Below, piece by piece: positions 51,196 to 64,000 of a DNA stretch of 64,000 nt (within the stretch, counting starts at the first letter, position 1; every line of letters starts with the position of its first letter). Location of the stretch: NCBI RefSeq assembly GCF_036321535.1, contig NC_087436.1, forward strand, positions 112,718,001-112,782,000, in the 5' to 3' direction. A model generated the notes under the pieces. It was given only the letters and a program-made list of their open reading frames with translations. It ran no database searches and was not told the origin of the DNA. Source of the stretch: Camelus dromedarius. Lineage: Eukaryota. The position numbers were made by a program, and so were the translations under genes.

Positions 51196-52684
51196 GTGTT
51201 ACAAAAATGTATACAATTTAGAAATATAACAAAAAGGTGGGCACCTGCCATTTGAATGTCACGTTGGGTCATTGTTTGACAAGTTTACCCAGGAATGAAT
51301 CAATTATCCAGCGGAACATATCTTTGTCTCTGCTATTGACTATCAAGCCCTGTGAAGTTATATGATAACTTGTAGATCTTGTCTGTTAGAGACGCAAGTA
51401 ATTTCTGTCTGATAGAAAAGATATCCCCAAAGGTATGGCTTTTCATTACCTTGTCGTCTGGTTTTGTATCTAAGCTACCAATTTAATTCTAATATTCCTT
51501 TTAAAGTACTTTATAACTAGTCAGTGCTTCCAAATGTTCTCTGAAAAGACTTTTATCATTTTACAGGTTCTCTCATAAGCGAATAAATAAATCTTTGATG
51601 TGTGTTGATTCTGTATGTTATAAAAGTCATGCTCTTCACTTTTTGAAATTTCTGCTTTGACAGATGAATTCAAATTGTGATGAGGTGTGCAAATGTCGGC
51701 TGTTATTTCTGGCTTTTTGCTATTGGAGGCTCTGATTCTGTCTTGCAGAGCCTAACAGCACACACCTGATTCCCTTGCAATGAGACAAGGGCGCAACCAG
51801 TGGAGGACATCTGGTCACCTACACTCCCTCCCATCAGATTTCTCCAAGCTGGGCAGCCTCAGGCCCTTGAACTTCTTCATCCAGCCCCTCCTCCTGCTGC
51901 CCCTACTACAGGACCCCCTCTCATTTGTTACTCACTCGTGAACTTCAGCACCCAGGACTGAAAGTGAATGGAAAGATGCTGGAATAGCCCCAAGAAGTAT
52001 TTTTACATTTTATAATTACCTACTTCAGCTGACAAGCAACATGATTCTGACACAGAAGCACAAAGAGATGTCATCTCTTGGGGCAACTCCACCCAGCTGG
52101 TAACATCTGTGATGCTTGCTGAGGCTCGACCCAGGTTCACCCACTGTGCTGTGACCAGTCAGCAATGTCTTGCATGGCCCTGGGATTCAGGGTGCAGAGT
52201 GTGCACCACCTCCTTCCTGACCCAGCTGTAAGAGGTAACGGTTCAAGAGGTGAAATAAACCACGAAGAACGGATCTGGCAACCAGAAGGGTATGTGATAC
52301 TCCACTGCTTCACCTGTGGAGATTCATAATATTTCCTGCAGCACAAGCTTTAGGACGTTGCCTCACTAAAAGGAGACCCATGACCTCACATTGCAGCCTC
52401 ATGACTCACATTTGAGACAAAAAAATACAAGCTGCCTCCACCTGGATACTGCAGAAATGCTAACACTGCTGGAATAGGTTGCTCCAGGCCCTGAGATTGC
52501 TCAGAACACACTCTTTTGGAAACCATATGATGGGATAGCTGCAGGATACACAGTCAGTTCACAAGCCAGTTCTACCACTTACCGGCTCTGACCTTGGGAA
52601 AATCACTCCGTGTTTCAGTCCTCTTGTCATTCTGATGAGTCTGATGATTCCACGGAGAGAAAGAGATGAGTTTCAATCCCCGCT

Positions 52685-52785
52685 TAGGTTTATTTATTTA
52701 TTTTTAGAGGAGGTGCTGAGGATTGAACCCAGGATCTTGAAAATGCTAAGCAAGCACTCCACCACTTGAGCTACACCCTCCCCCC
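52685..52785 (-). mobile_element. tRNA-derived SINE (Vic-1-like)
   Basis: GAGGAGGTGCTGAGGATTGAACCCAGG...CCACTTGAGCTACACCCTCCCC. Confidence 0.8.
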
Positions 52786-54639
52786 TCCATGGGCTAATTA
52801 TGACCAACACAGTCACACAGGGCACAGGGCCCAGAAAGGTCCCACACTCACAGAGTTTAATGCTTTGCAGTTGTTGTCTGGGTATTCTTAATAATTTTAT
52901 CTTTGTTTTTACATTTTAGGAGAGAAGGCCAATGGGACACCAGAGGGTGCCCCAGGGCTTTGAATCCTTGGCTTACAAACAGTACCCCTTCCAGCAGCTT
53001 CCCAGCCTCCCTGGGGCAGGTTCTCACCCATGATGACCTTGACAGCAGGAGAGCTGGGGCCAGGGGTACCTCCTTTGTGTGCCACATTGTGGGGTGCAGC
53101 CCCGGGCACCTGTGAGGGGTCTGCTGTCTCTCTGTAAATATCCCCATGCTCAGGGGGACTCAACCTCAAATAGAAAGTAAAAACCCTCTGGCAGATAGAG
53201 AGAAAGATCACAGAAGAAAGCTTTCTCTTGCTTTTGCAACAACAAACAAGTCATCTTTATTTTGCATGGGGACCCCACAAATTACCTTGCCAGCTGTAAC
53301 TAACTGTTGGATATCAATTATCTAACTCTCCCAGGCTCCATTTCCCCATCTATACAATGTACATTCTAAGACTTTCCTAACAGGATTCTGGTAACATTTA
53401 AAAAGAACCTACTATATACATTTCCTAGTACATTGTAGACAACACATAAACACTGGTTCCCAGCCTTTCCCCCTTCAAATTTTCTAAATGGGCTTTTGGC
53501 AGCTGTTTTCCAAGGGTTCTCCCTCCAAGGAGGAAAGGCAGAAGCAGAGAGACCATAAGTGCTCACTGTGATAAGGAACCAAAGTTTTCTCCGGGGCGAA
53601 ACACTGTCACTTCCTTTAGCTGTTAATAACAACACCAGAATGAGGGATGTGGGCTGGACCACAGCTGTGAACACCACCGACTTTTCTAAGATGACATTTG
53701 AAGCAAAGCACGAAGCCAAAGAGCCCAGAAGTAGCATCTCTCCCTCCCTCCTCCTGTCTCTGCCCTCTCTCCCTCAGCCAGCTGATACGCTCCCTGGTGA
53801 CCAACTAGGTTCTCTTCCCAGAGCTACATCCTCCCGGATGTCCTGGGAGCACCCCAGCCCCAGAGGCTCCAAACCCAGTTTATTTGCATATGTACTCCAC
53901 TCCACCCTTCCTTCCACAGATAACTCAGCTCCAGGGGCTGACTTCCTTCTTTGTAACCATAGCAGGACCCAAGCCCCACGTCTTGGAGCCCTGTTTCACC
54001 TTCCCTGTTTCACCTTCTGCATTCATTCAGGTGAATCTGAGACCCTCTGGCCCCTGGCCTCTGTCTTAGAAGCTCAGAATGAAAGGTGAGGTTGAAGGAA
54101 GCCTGCCAATCATAAAGAATGCACAGGTGAATATGAGGCCGTGTGATGCTCTATTGAAGACTAGTAGAAAGTGAATTCTGCAGGGATAAGAGATTTTGGC
54201 AAAGAAAAGCCAAGAAAAAAGAACACGTGAAGAAGATAAAGAAATACTGAGAAGCTCTTATACAAAAGAAAAAAAAATTTATAAGCTCAATATAGAAGTT
54301 GATGGACTTGGGAGTGATGGGTTTGAAAACTTCACTGGGGAAGATACTTATTATGGCTTTGTTCACTTCTATTATTTGTAATATGCTGGCTTGTGTACAG
54401 TTTATTTCAAATTCAACTATATTTTTGCTTATTCTTTTAGGTCCTTGAGATGCATCATGCAACCTAAGTTCCCAGATTCAATGAGCTTAAATTCCAAGAG
54501 GCCTGTGTCAGAGCTCTGCCATTTTTAAATCTAGTTAATAAAAGACAATAAAATGGAAAGCAGAGTAGATGTTACAGAAGAATAAAAAAGAATAGAAAAA
54601 AATGACAACTTTAAAGCTGACATAAATATATATGAAAAG

Positions 54640-56345
54640 TCAAGTTGTCCATAAAATTTTTCACTCCTCCCATAGAGGGACTGTGTTGTTCCACTACTTC
54701 TTGAATCTGGGCTGAATTGGTGACTGTTTTAACCAATGTGGAAGTGATGCTATGCCAGTTATGGGTCTAAAGCTTTAAGGAGGCCTTCCAGGCTCCACTT
54801 TTAAGACTTGAGGAATGCTGAATAAAATCCAGCTGCACCACAGAGAGGTCATATGGAGGAGCCCCAAGGAGAAGAGAGGCCCTGAGATGATACAGAGAGA
54901 AAGAGGCTTCCACCCCACTGGAGCTCAGGTGCCATGGCGCCATCAGGTGAATGTGACATTTTGGATGCTCCAGTCAAGTCGGTCCCCCAGGTGACTACAG
55001 CCCAAGCTGACATCCCGTGAAGCAGACCACCTAGATCCCAGACAACCCACAGAATCATGAAAGATAATAAATGATTGTTGTTTTAAATCACTGCATTTTA
55101 GGGTAGTTTATTTTGCAGCAATAGATAACCAAAACAGCAAGTGGTACCTGGAAGCGAGGTGCTGCGTAACAAAAACCTAAAATGAATGTACAGCGGTTCA
55201 TTTTCTATGTCAACTTGGCTAGGCCAGGGTACCCAGATATTAAGTCAAATGCAGCTGGATGTTGCCTTTAAATGGATGGACTCTGAGTAAAGCAGATGAC
55301 CCTCCACAATGTGGTGGGCCTCAGTCAGTCAGCTGAAGGCCTTAAGAAAAAGCCTGACCTCCCCCAAGGAAAAGGGAATTCTGCCAGCAGATGGCCTTCA
55401 GACTGGAGCCGCAGCACCACCCCTTCCCTGGGCCTCTAGCCTGCGTGCCTACCTTGCAGATTTTGCCGTGTCAGCCTCAACAATCATGTGAGCCAATTCC
55501 TTAAACACGTATCTTTCCCCTACTCCCCTCTGTCACCCTGACCTTTGCAATGTGGCCTTGACATTGGGGACTGAGTGGCAGCTAAAATTAGAAAGGTCTT
55601 AATGAGACTGCAGAGGCTGGATGGACGTGGAGGGAATTGTTACTGGAGATTAGGGAAAGGAGACCCATGTTATATAGTGATGGAAAGCTGGGTAACACTG
55701 CCACCTGCCATCATGGAACCGATAGAAACAGACCTGGTGGACTTAAGATTGTGGCCAAGGGGATTTCCACATAGAATGTTGGAAGTGCCAATTCATTCCT
55801 TTTACCTGCATATGATAAGGTCTGCAGAGAAAGAGAGAAATGAACCAAAAAAGAACTGTTCACTTCTAAGCAGAATCAAGAGCAAACCTTTCCAAGTCAA
55901 GATTTGTGAGGTTTGAAAATAAAACTGCTTTTCATTTCCAGTCTTTCTTAGTAAAAGAATATCAGAGTAAGAAGTGGCCTCAAGGCAATGATCACATCCC
56001 AGGTGCTGCCAGCAAAACACGTTCACAGGGTCAGAGCTTCAGAGGTGTGACTGCAAGGCGTGGAGACGTCACGAAGGAGAAACTCAGCACTTCCAGTGAC
56101 CTGGGGGGTCCAGCCTTTCAGCTGACCCCTCCACGGTGCCTTTCATGTGATGTCTGATCTATTTTGGGTATTCCAGCCTAGGGGAGACCCCAAATGACTG
56201 CAGCCCTAGCCAACAACACAAGGAACAGAAGGACCACCCACCAAGCTCAGTCAATCCACAGTCATGGAAAACAATAAAATGGCTTGTGTTTCAAGCCACA
56301 AAGTTTTGGCGTGGTTTATTATGTAGTGATAGGTAAACAAAATAC
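54640..56345 (+). mobile_element. MaLR remnant (MLT1 LTR - internal - partial LTR) with nested MLT2 LTR at about 55187-55510
   Basis: LTR end GCAGCAATAGATAACCAAAACA followed by internal-start TGGTACCTGGAAG; second LTR end near 56340; MLT2 motif TTTTCTATGTCAACTTGGCTAGGC. Confidence 0.6.
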
Positions 56346-56933
56346 CAATTATAGATAATTTGAAACTGAAGAATAATAAGGAGGGAAACCTATAATAAAC
56401 CTACTGAGGCGAGTGGAATAATAATAATCAGTGGTTAATAATCCCATTAACCCAACAGGGCCGTATTCTACTTTTTTCCTTTATATTAAATCTTACGTAG
56501 ATACAATTGTTACATGTGTAATTTTTATGCTGGTTTGGCTTGGTATTATATGTCACATTTTTATACACTAATACATAGTTTTAATAAAGTCATGCAAAGG
56601 TAAGAAAAACTGGATCAAAGTAGAAATACCAGGTTGAATAGTTGGCATAAATGACCACTGTGACCCAATATAAACGACCAAGACAGGAGAGAACAGTCTA
56701 TCAAGGGATGGATGTGAAAGGAAGGTCACAAGAAATGACCTCAGTCAGAATTCATCAGGGAAAAGAGGGCTGATGTCAAGAGGGTATGATTACAAGGGAA
56801 ACAGTCAACATGCCAGGCTTCCAACAACGTAGAAGGAGGAATTTATTCATCAAAGAGTCAAGACCTTGAAGTTAAAGTCTCTTGGGGGACAACAGAAATT
56901 AGAAGGGCTACAAGAATAACAGACAGAGAGAAA

Positions 56934-56960
56934 GAAAACACTATACATATATAGTGTATA

Positions 56961-57008
<48 letters not shown>

Positions 57009-57030
57009 GAAAACACTATATATATATGTA
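56934..57030. repeat. (TA)n microsatellite flanked by GAAAACACTATA direct repeats
   Basis: Directly visible. Confidence 0.9.
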
Positions 57031-58062
57031 GTCTACAATATATAAAGAATTCCCGTGAAAAGAAATAAATAAGCAACTCAGCAGAAATTAGCAAGGATTT
57101 GAAACTGGAAATTCACAGGAAAAAAATACAAATGACCAGTAAACATAGATAATATGTTAAGAATCACTGCTAATCAGGGAACAGTTAGCTGTCATTTTTC
57201 TCATAACTAAGACAAGTTCATACTATTCAGCAACAAAGAGATTGTGAGGAAGTATATCCTCGGGGAGAAGGTGATGGGAATCTAAAATGGTAGTTATTTT
57301 GGAGGGCACTTAGAAATACTTACCAAAATCTAAAATATGCCTAATACTCCCTTTGACCTAATAATTCCACCCCTAGAAATCTGTCCTACGGAAACACTCC
57401 CATATGTACATGAAAATATATATACAAGGATGGTCATTGCAGAACATTTCTCTTAACCAGCATGGAAGCTTCAAGAGGATGGGAACTTTGTCATTTACTC
57501 CTGGATTGTCAGAGCTATGTCACGGCTGGAACCTAGAAGATGCTCAACAAATACTTATTGAACAAATGAATGATAACTGAAAATTGGAAACTAATTTTCT
57601 GTCAGTAGGAAATGATTATATCCACCCTGTGGAATACTATGTACTGACATCAAAAGATCTCCAAGACCAGGTGTTTAGTTAAAAAAAAAAAAATAAAAAA
57701 TTACAGTTTAAAAAAAACATATATTTCATTGGGGAATTGATTTACTGGATTGGGATTTAAATAAATCTAACACTGAGCATCAATTTTGATGTTGACTTTA
57801 GTCTCTGTTTATTATTGTTGAAAGATGTCTGTGGTATTGCACTTCCCCAAAAAATAGCATTTCGAGCATTTACAGTATATCAGTATTGATTCCTCTTAAA
57901 CCTCACCATTTCCCCATGTGAGAGCTGAGAACCCATTTCAAAGCTGAGAACACTGCAGCACAAAGAAAGTAAGTAATCTGCTCAAAGTTACACTGCGACA
58001 GAGCCAAGGTCTAAACCCCAGTCACGTGACTCCAGAGGTTGCGCTCTTAAACCACTCAGGGA

Positions 58063-58164
58063 TAAAGTGACCGTGCATTCTGATTAAGCCCAGCATAATT
58101 ATGAATAGCATTCCCTTTCGTTTCAAAAAGTTCCAGACATGGTCAATAAATTATGGTCCCTCTA
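58063..58164 (-). mobile_element. MER94-like short hAT element
   Basis: AAAGTGACC...TAATTATGAATAGCATTCCCTTTC...ATAAATTATGGTCCCTCT resembles MER94. Confidence 0.45.
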
Positions 58165-58849
58165 CCTACAGGAAGCAGAGTGTAGCATAGATTTCAGCCT
58201 CTGGAGCAAAATTTTGGACAATTTATTCAAACTCTCTTCTTTGGTTTGCTCATATGTAACATGGAGATAGAAATACTAACTGCCTCGGATAGTTGTTAAA
58301 GGACTAAAAGATTTGATGTTTCTAAGGTGCCTGGGACACAGTAAGTACCATATTAATTATTAACCTGCTTAAATAAAGTGTGTGTGTATATGTATTGTGA
58401 GATATCTGAAAAAATGTTAAAAATAGTACTAGACAGTATCCCCATTAACACTTTTGAATATATGTACATACACATATTTTGAATACACATACACACACAT
58501 GTTTTTAATACTGTGTGTTTCCCATACTGTGTGTTGAACACCAAGCAGCCATCCCGACAAACATTAAAACGCCACGTGGTTTCTAGGGCGCATACTGCTT
58601 GCTACGTGGATGTGAACTTCCCTAAGACGACTGAACCACAACAGCGATTTAAAGACTGTTAAATTAAGCGAAAATTAAAAGATCTCTTTTATTACCATTT
58701 CAGATTGGACATCACTTGATTTAACCGATACTTTAAATGTAATCTGTAGGAAAGCCTACTTTCTCTCTCAATTAACTAAGTATTTGTAAGCAAGACAATT
58801 AAGAGACCACGGTAATCTTTGGACTTGAACAATTTGTAAGTAAAACGTC

Positions 58850-60260
58850 CAGTATCTGCGTTAGAACCACCCTCTGGGCGCACGCAGGAGGCGGGGCTGG
58901 GGAAGAGGGCAGCGGAGGGCGTCTCTCGGCTCATTCCCCGGGAAGTGCGGGCGTTCGAAGGCAGAAATTTGAGATCTCAAGCACTCAGCTTAAAATCGCG
59001 GCTGCCCTGCTCACCTTGGCAGCCCGAAAAACAACTTTTTACTTCCCAGCTTACTCTACTTCATGTGCAGTTCCAAAAAAAAAAAAAAAAAAAAAAGAGT
59101 TCTTCGAGTGAAACCAAGCCCTGGGAATGGAAATCAAGGAAGCGGTTCACTTTGGGGAGAGGTTAGTAGCTAGTCGGGCAAGATTCCAGGCACCGATATG
59201 GATGGCGTTTCCAGGGTCTGTACAGATTCATCCCGCGGGTGCACTTTACTGTGTGTTCTATCTTAATGTGAAACTATTTTCAGTGATCTGGCCCGTCTGA
59301 CTCCGCTCTGGCTCCGCAAGCCTCTTAACCAGGTGTCATTTGCGCACTTTCGCACTTCTGGGTCAGAGACGGCGAACAGAAACCCCATGCAAAGTGGGAA
59401 ACGCCAGCAACAACCCAGGCTCCCGGGTATTTTTCGTCCTTGCGGCGGGGCTGTGGGCGCAGAGGTGAACTGCGGCCCCGAGTGGGGCCGGGCTCAGGAC
59501 CTCTCCGCCAAGTGTCCACCAACTGAGCGGACGCTGCCAAGGAGCAGCGCGCTCGCGGCGGGCACGAAGGGTGCCACCGCCCGCAGCTCTAGCGAGGGGC
59601 GCGCGGAATCGCGAGCCCCGACTCCTTACTCAGCACTGCCCCGCGGGCTCTCAGCTGACTCGGAACAGTAGATGCTTTATTTCGGCCATCCAGACGGCTG
59701 CTGGGCGCGCTGTGTCCAGCTGTGCCCAGGCCTGCCCAGCCCTGCCCAGCCCTTCCCAGCCGTGCGCAGTAACCACCGCGCGCGGTGCCCAGCGGAGCGT
59801 CACAGACGCCAACTCACCTGAACTCCGGCTGCACCAATTGAGTGTAGATGTAGCATCGCCCCAGGAAGATATCCTGAAAATGAGCAGTGCTGCCGGTTCC
59901 GTTCCACTCCCTGTGCTTGAGCGGCTGGTGCCACAGCCGAACTCCCGCCACCACCGCAATGATCACCCCCACCAGGAGACAGAGAAAGACGCAGAGACAG
60001 ATCTGGGCTCTCCTGGAGATGCCGCAGCAGGACTCCCCTTCGGACACCGGGGTGAATCTGTGGTTGGCCATGGGGTCCAAGGCGGGTCCCCGGGACGAAG
60101 CTGGAGAAGAGGTTGGTGGAGCCTGGGGAGGCAGGCAGGAGAGAGCTAGCTGGGTTCTGAAACTGCACTTCCCCTTTATCTGTCATTTGCCTTTTCTCCG
60201 CTTCCTTTCCCACCCCAACCCCACCCCCTTCAAAGTTCCGTGGCCGCTGGACCAATAAGG
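58850..60260 (-). promoter_or_regulatory. CpG-rich promoter / exon 1 / 5' intron 1 region of CD38; likely TSS near 60166
   Basis: Visible CpG and GC enrichment. Minus-strand GCAGTTTCAGAACCCAGC resembles the 5' end of human CD38 mRNA (recalled). CCAAT at 60252-60256, CACCC boxes, AGATAA and AAAGGGGAAGTG motifs at 60166-60181; no clear TATA box. Confidence 0.8.
59818..60071 (-). CDS. CD38: CD38 exon 1: cytoplasmic tail, TM helix, start of ectodomain (MANHRFTPVSEGESCCGISRRAQICLCVFLCLLVGVIIAVVAGVRLWHQPLKHREWNGTGSTAHFQDIFLGRCYIYTQLVQPEF-R)
   Basis: ATG in context GACCCCATGG at 60071; donor AG|GTGAGT at 59818/59817; phase 2; strong similarity to the CD38 N-terminus. Confidence 0.96.
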
Positions 60261-60949
60261 ATTTAAAGGTCTTAAAAGCCTTCAGAACCTACTACAGCCT
60301 AGACTCCTGAGCAGAGGGACCCAGACCCTTCATCTTCAGGGAGAAACCGCTACCTTGACCTTATTTGGCAGACACTCGAGTAACAGACAGCATAGCCTTA
60401 TACTCACCGGCAGGCTCACTTTCTCAAGCTGCGCTTATAAGCAGCTGTCACACACACCTGCTTCCTGGAAAGTCTGCCTCTGTACCTATGTACAAGCAAC
60501 ACCTTCTGCCCGCAAAAGAATGTTCTACCTCTACTTAAACCGTTGTTGTATTAACTTTAAAGGCTCCACTTAAGCCTTGCCTCTTCTCTCCCATGGCATC
60601 AGTGTAAGCTCTGGGTTCAAACTGAGCTCTGCTACCCATTGGCTGGGTAAGTCGCTTGAACTCTGTGCTTCAGAAAGAAAGTGGGGACAATAGCAGTACT
60701 CACTTCATGGGGTTGTTATGAGAATTAGTTGAGTTTATACATATGAAGTGTTTAGCAGAATGCCTGGCATGTGGAAAGCACTCAGTAAATGTTAGCTATG
60801 ACTGCCTGCTCCCTGAGGTGTGGAGGGCATGATGTGTGCTTGGAAGAGTGGCATGTAGCACTCACAGTAGTGGTTCAATAAAACCAGTGGCTTTTCTCAG
60901 ACATCCCAGCATCTCCTCTCTTAGGGTTCCTCAGCACTAAGAGCATCTG

Positions 60950-62290
<1,341 letters not shown>

Positions 62291-62877
62291 TGTATGTGAG
62301 AAAGCAAGGTGGCATCAGTAAGTTGGATGACTTTTTTTTTTTTTTGAAGAGTTGATCTGTAAAAAGGAACAGAGGACACTGTATTGAGAAGAGACCTGTA
62401 TCAGTCTGTTTGTAGGATGATGGGATAACCAAGCAGACAGACAACAATTGATAACGTGGGAGACAGGGAAATGCTGCTGTGAAAAGCTCGTGTGTAGGTG
62501 GAAGGAATCCCGGGCACAGGCGGGTGGGGGTGGGAGCTCCGCCCTTTGAGGAATGAAGGTGGAGGACGGGGCTTCAGGGGCCGGAGGGTTAGTGGATTTA
62601 CTGACAGCGACGCATGGACTGCTACTTCTGACTGCTCTCAGTGAAAGGAGGAGGTCGCTTGCTGGGAGTGGGTGGGCGCGGGGCAGCTTCGGAGACCAGG
62701 AGGGAGGATGGGGCGGGGACCCGAGAGGCTCCCAGGGTGACGTCAAAGGCTCAGGAATCTAAAAAGGCCAGTCAGCGAGGGTGTGTCCTTTCTTCGGTTC
62801 ACTCCCCACTGGTTGGAATAAAAGCGGGAATGCAGGCAGGGAGCTGGATCTGATGGAACTGTGGTTTGCAGGGGGCA

Positions 62878-63268
62878 TTTCTTTACTAGGGCTACCTGAG
62901 CAAAGCCAAGAAGTCTACTGTGACTTAAACTTCAACAAATTTATTGTCCCACAGTCTGGAGGCTGGAAGTCTGAGATCAAGGTGTTGGTGGGTTGATTTC
63001 CTCTGAGGACTCTGGCCCTGGCGGGTGGCTGCTGTCTTCTCTCCCGCTGTGTCCTCACAGGGTCTTCCCTTTGTGTTTCCCGTGTCCATGTTCAAACTTC
63101 CTCTTCTCACAAAAATGTCAGTCATGTTGGGTTAGAGCCCACCCCAATGACCTTGTTCTAACTTAACTACCTCTTTAAAGCCCCATCTCCAAATCCAGTC
63201 ACCTTCGGAAGTAGTGGGGGTTAGGACTTCAACATATGAATTTGGGGGACACCATCTAGCCCATAACA
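62878..63268 (-). mobile_element. MLT1-type LTR
   Basis: CTGGAGGCTGGAAGTCTGAGATCAAGGTG...GGGGTTAGGACTTCAACATATGAATTTGGGGGACAC. Confidence 0.8.
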
Positions 63269-64000
63269 CTGAGTAAGCACAATGGAGGAAGAGAAAGGCA
63301 AAGAAGTTGAAAGGTTACACAAAGGATTGTAATCATGGGCCGCAGCACCTGAGCCCCACAGGAACTGAAGGGAGGGCGAAGGAAAGTGTGAGACGGTGAA
63401 AAGCTGAGAGAGCCATGGCTGGGAGGTCCTGGTGGGGCCAGAACTGACGGAGGAGGGAACAGCTCTACTTGCAGACCACTCCATCCAAAACTCATCTGTT
63501 CCTCTTCCTCCTTCCAGCCATCTCCTTTTGTGGTCTTTTGAATTTCAGTTCAAAGAACCCACTTTTCCCTATTCCCTACCGCCCCACCCCTGTTGCTCAA
63601 GCTAGGAACTTCCAACTCTTCGTTGACCCTTCCCTCTTCCTCACCCTACACATCCCTCTGGAAATTATTCATTAAATATTCACCTTATTCATCTCCACCA
63701 TGAGCTTAGGCCAAGAGAAAGTCCACGTTCTCTCTCACCTAGGTAGGGCTGCCCCACCATCCTCCCCAAATGCGCTCCCCCATACCTCCTCCAACCATTC
63801 TCTCCACCACAGCCAGGGTGGTGGCTTTCTTTTTAAGCCACCCTTTATGAAGATGTGGCTTTTGAAACCTAACTCTGATTATTTCACCTTCCTCTTTTCT
63901 AGACAAAGCAAGCGGGCACGTAAGCCAAGAGCCTCCATGGGGACCTCGCTCCTCAACGCACAAGACACTCCAGTCCTGGGAACCCTCTCTCCGTCCCCAG

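Larger units (their letters stand above)
15775..60071 (-). other. CD38: CD38 gene span, start codon to stop codon (8 coding exons, 924-bp CDS, 307 aa)
   Basis: Eight exons splice in frame with GT-AG boundaries. Exon 2-8 sizes (130/136/86/74/93/87/64) match the CD38 pattern as I recall it. The N-terminal TM segment and Cys pair equivalent to human C119/C201 favour CD38 over GPI-anchored BST1. Confidence 0.97.

Noticed and set aside
16018..52785. Four tRNA-like sequences with A and B boxes
   Set aside because: They have A-rich tails, TSDs in most copies and broken stems, so they are SINE heads rather than tRNA genes.
54151..54462. Acidic/basic short ORF-like segment, possibly a pseudogene fragment
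   Set aside because: No parent gene recognised, and no poly(A) or TSD; may be an old DNA-transposon remnant and cannot be assigned without a search.
60072..60080. ORF-track start MDP upstream of the CD38 ATG
   Set aside because: The codon at 60080 is TTG, a bacterial-style start call; the real ATG is at 60071.

Overview
Mammalian genomic DNA, most likely camelid, judged from tRNA-derived Vic-1-like SINEs and the apparent absence of Alu, Bov or PRE SINEs. The window holds one complete, intact protein-coding gene: CD38 (ADP-ribosyl cyclase/NAD+ glycohydrolase) on the minus strand. I assembled 8 coding exons by hand (254, 130, 136, 86, 74, 93, 87 and 64 bp; all GT-AG; ATG at 60071, TGA ending at 15775), giving a 307-aa type II membrane protein with the catalytic Glu and all 12 ectodomain Cys. 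The rest is a CpG-rich promoter/exon 1 region, a 29.4-kb intron 1, a probable long 3' UTR, and the usual L1, L2, MIR, LTR and DNA-transposon fossils and microsatellites. I found no convincing new multi-gene system. The most unusual items are: a 150-bp gap-free inverted duplication with templated filler in intron 1; an apparently disrupted intron-1 retinoic-acid response element; a TLEDTL-to-TLENTL change in the cyclase signature; remodelled N-glycosylation sites; a convergent CTCF motif pair around exons 2-7; and an intact solo ERV LTR antisense to the gene. Comparisons to human CD38 and repeat-family names are from memory and need checking by alignment or RepeatMasker.
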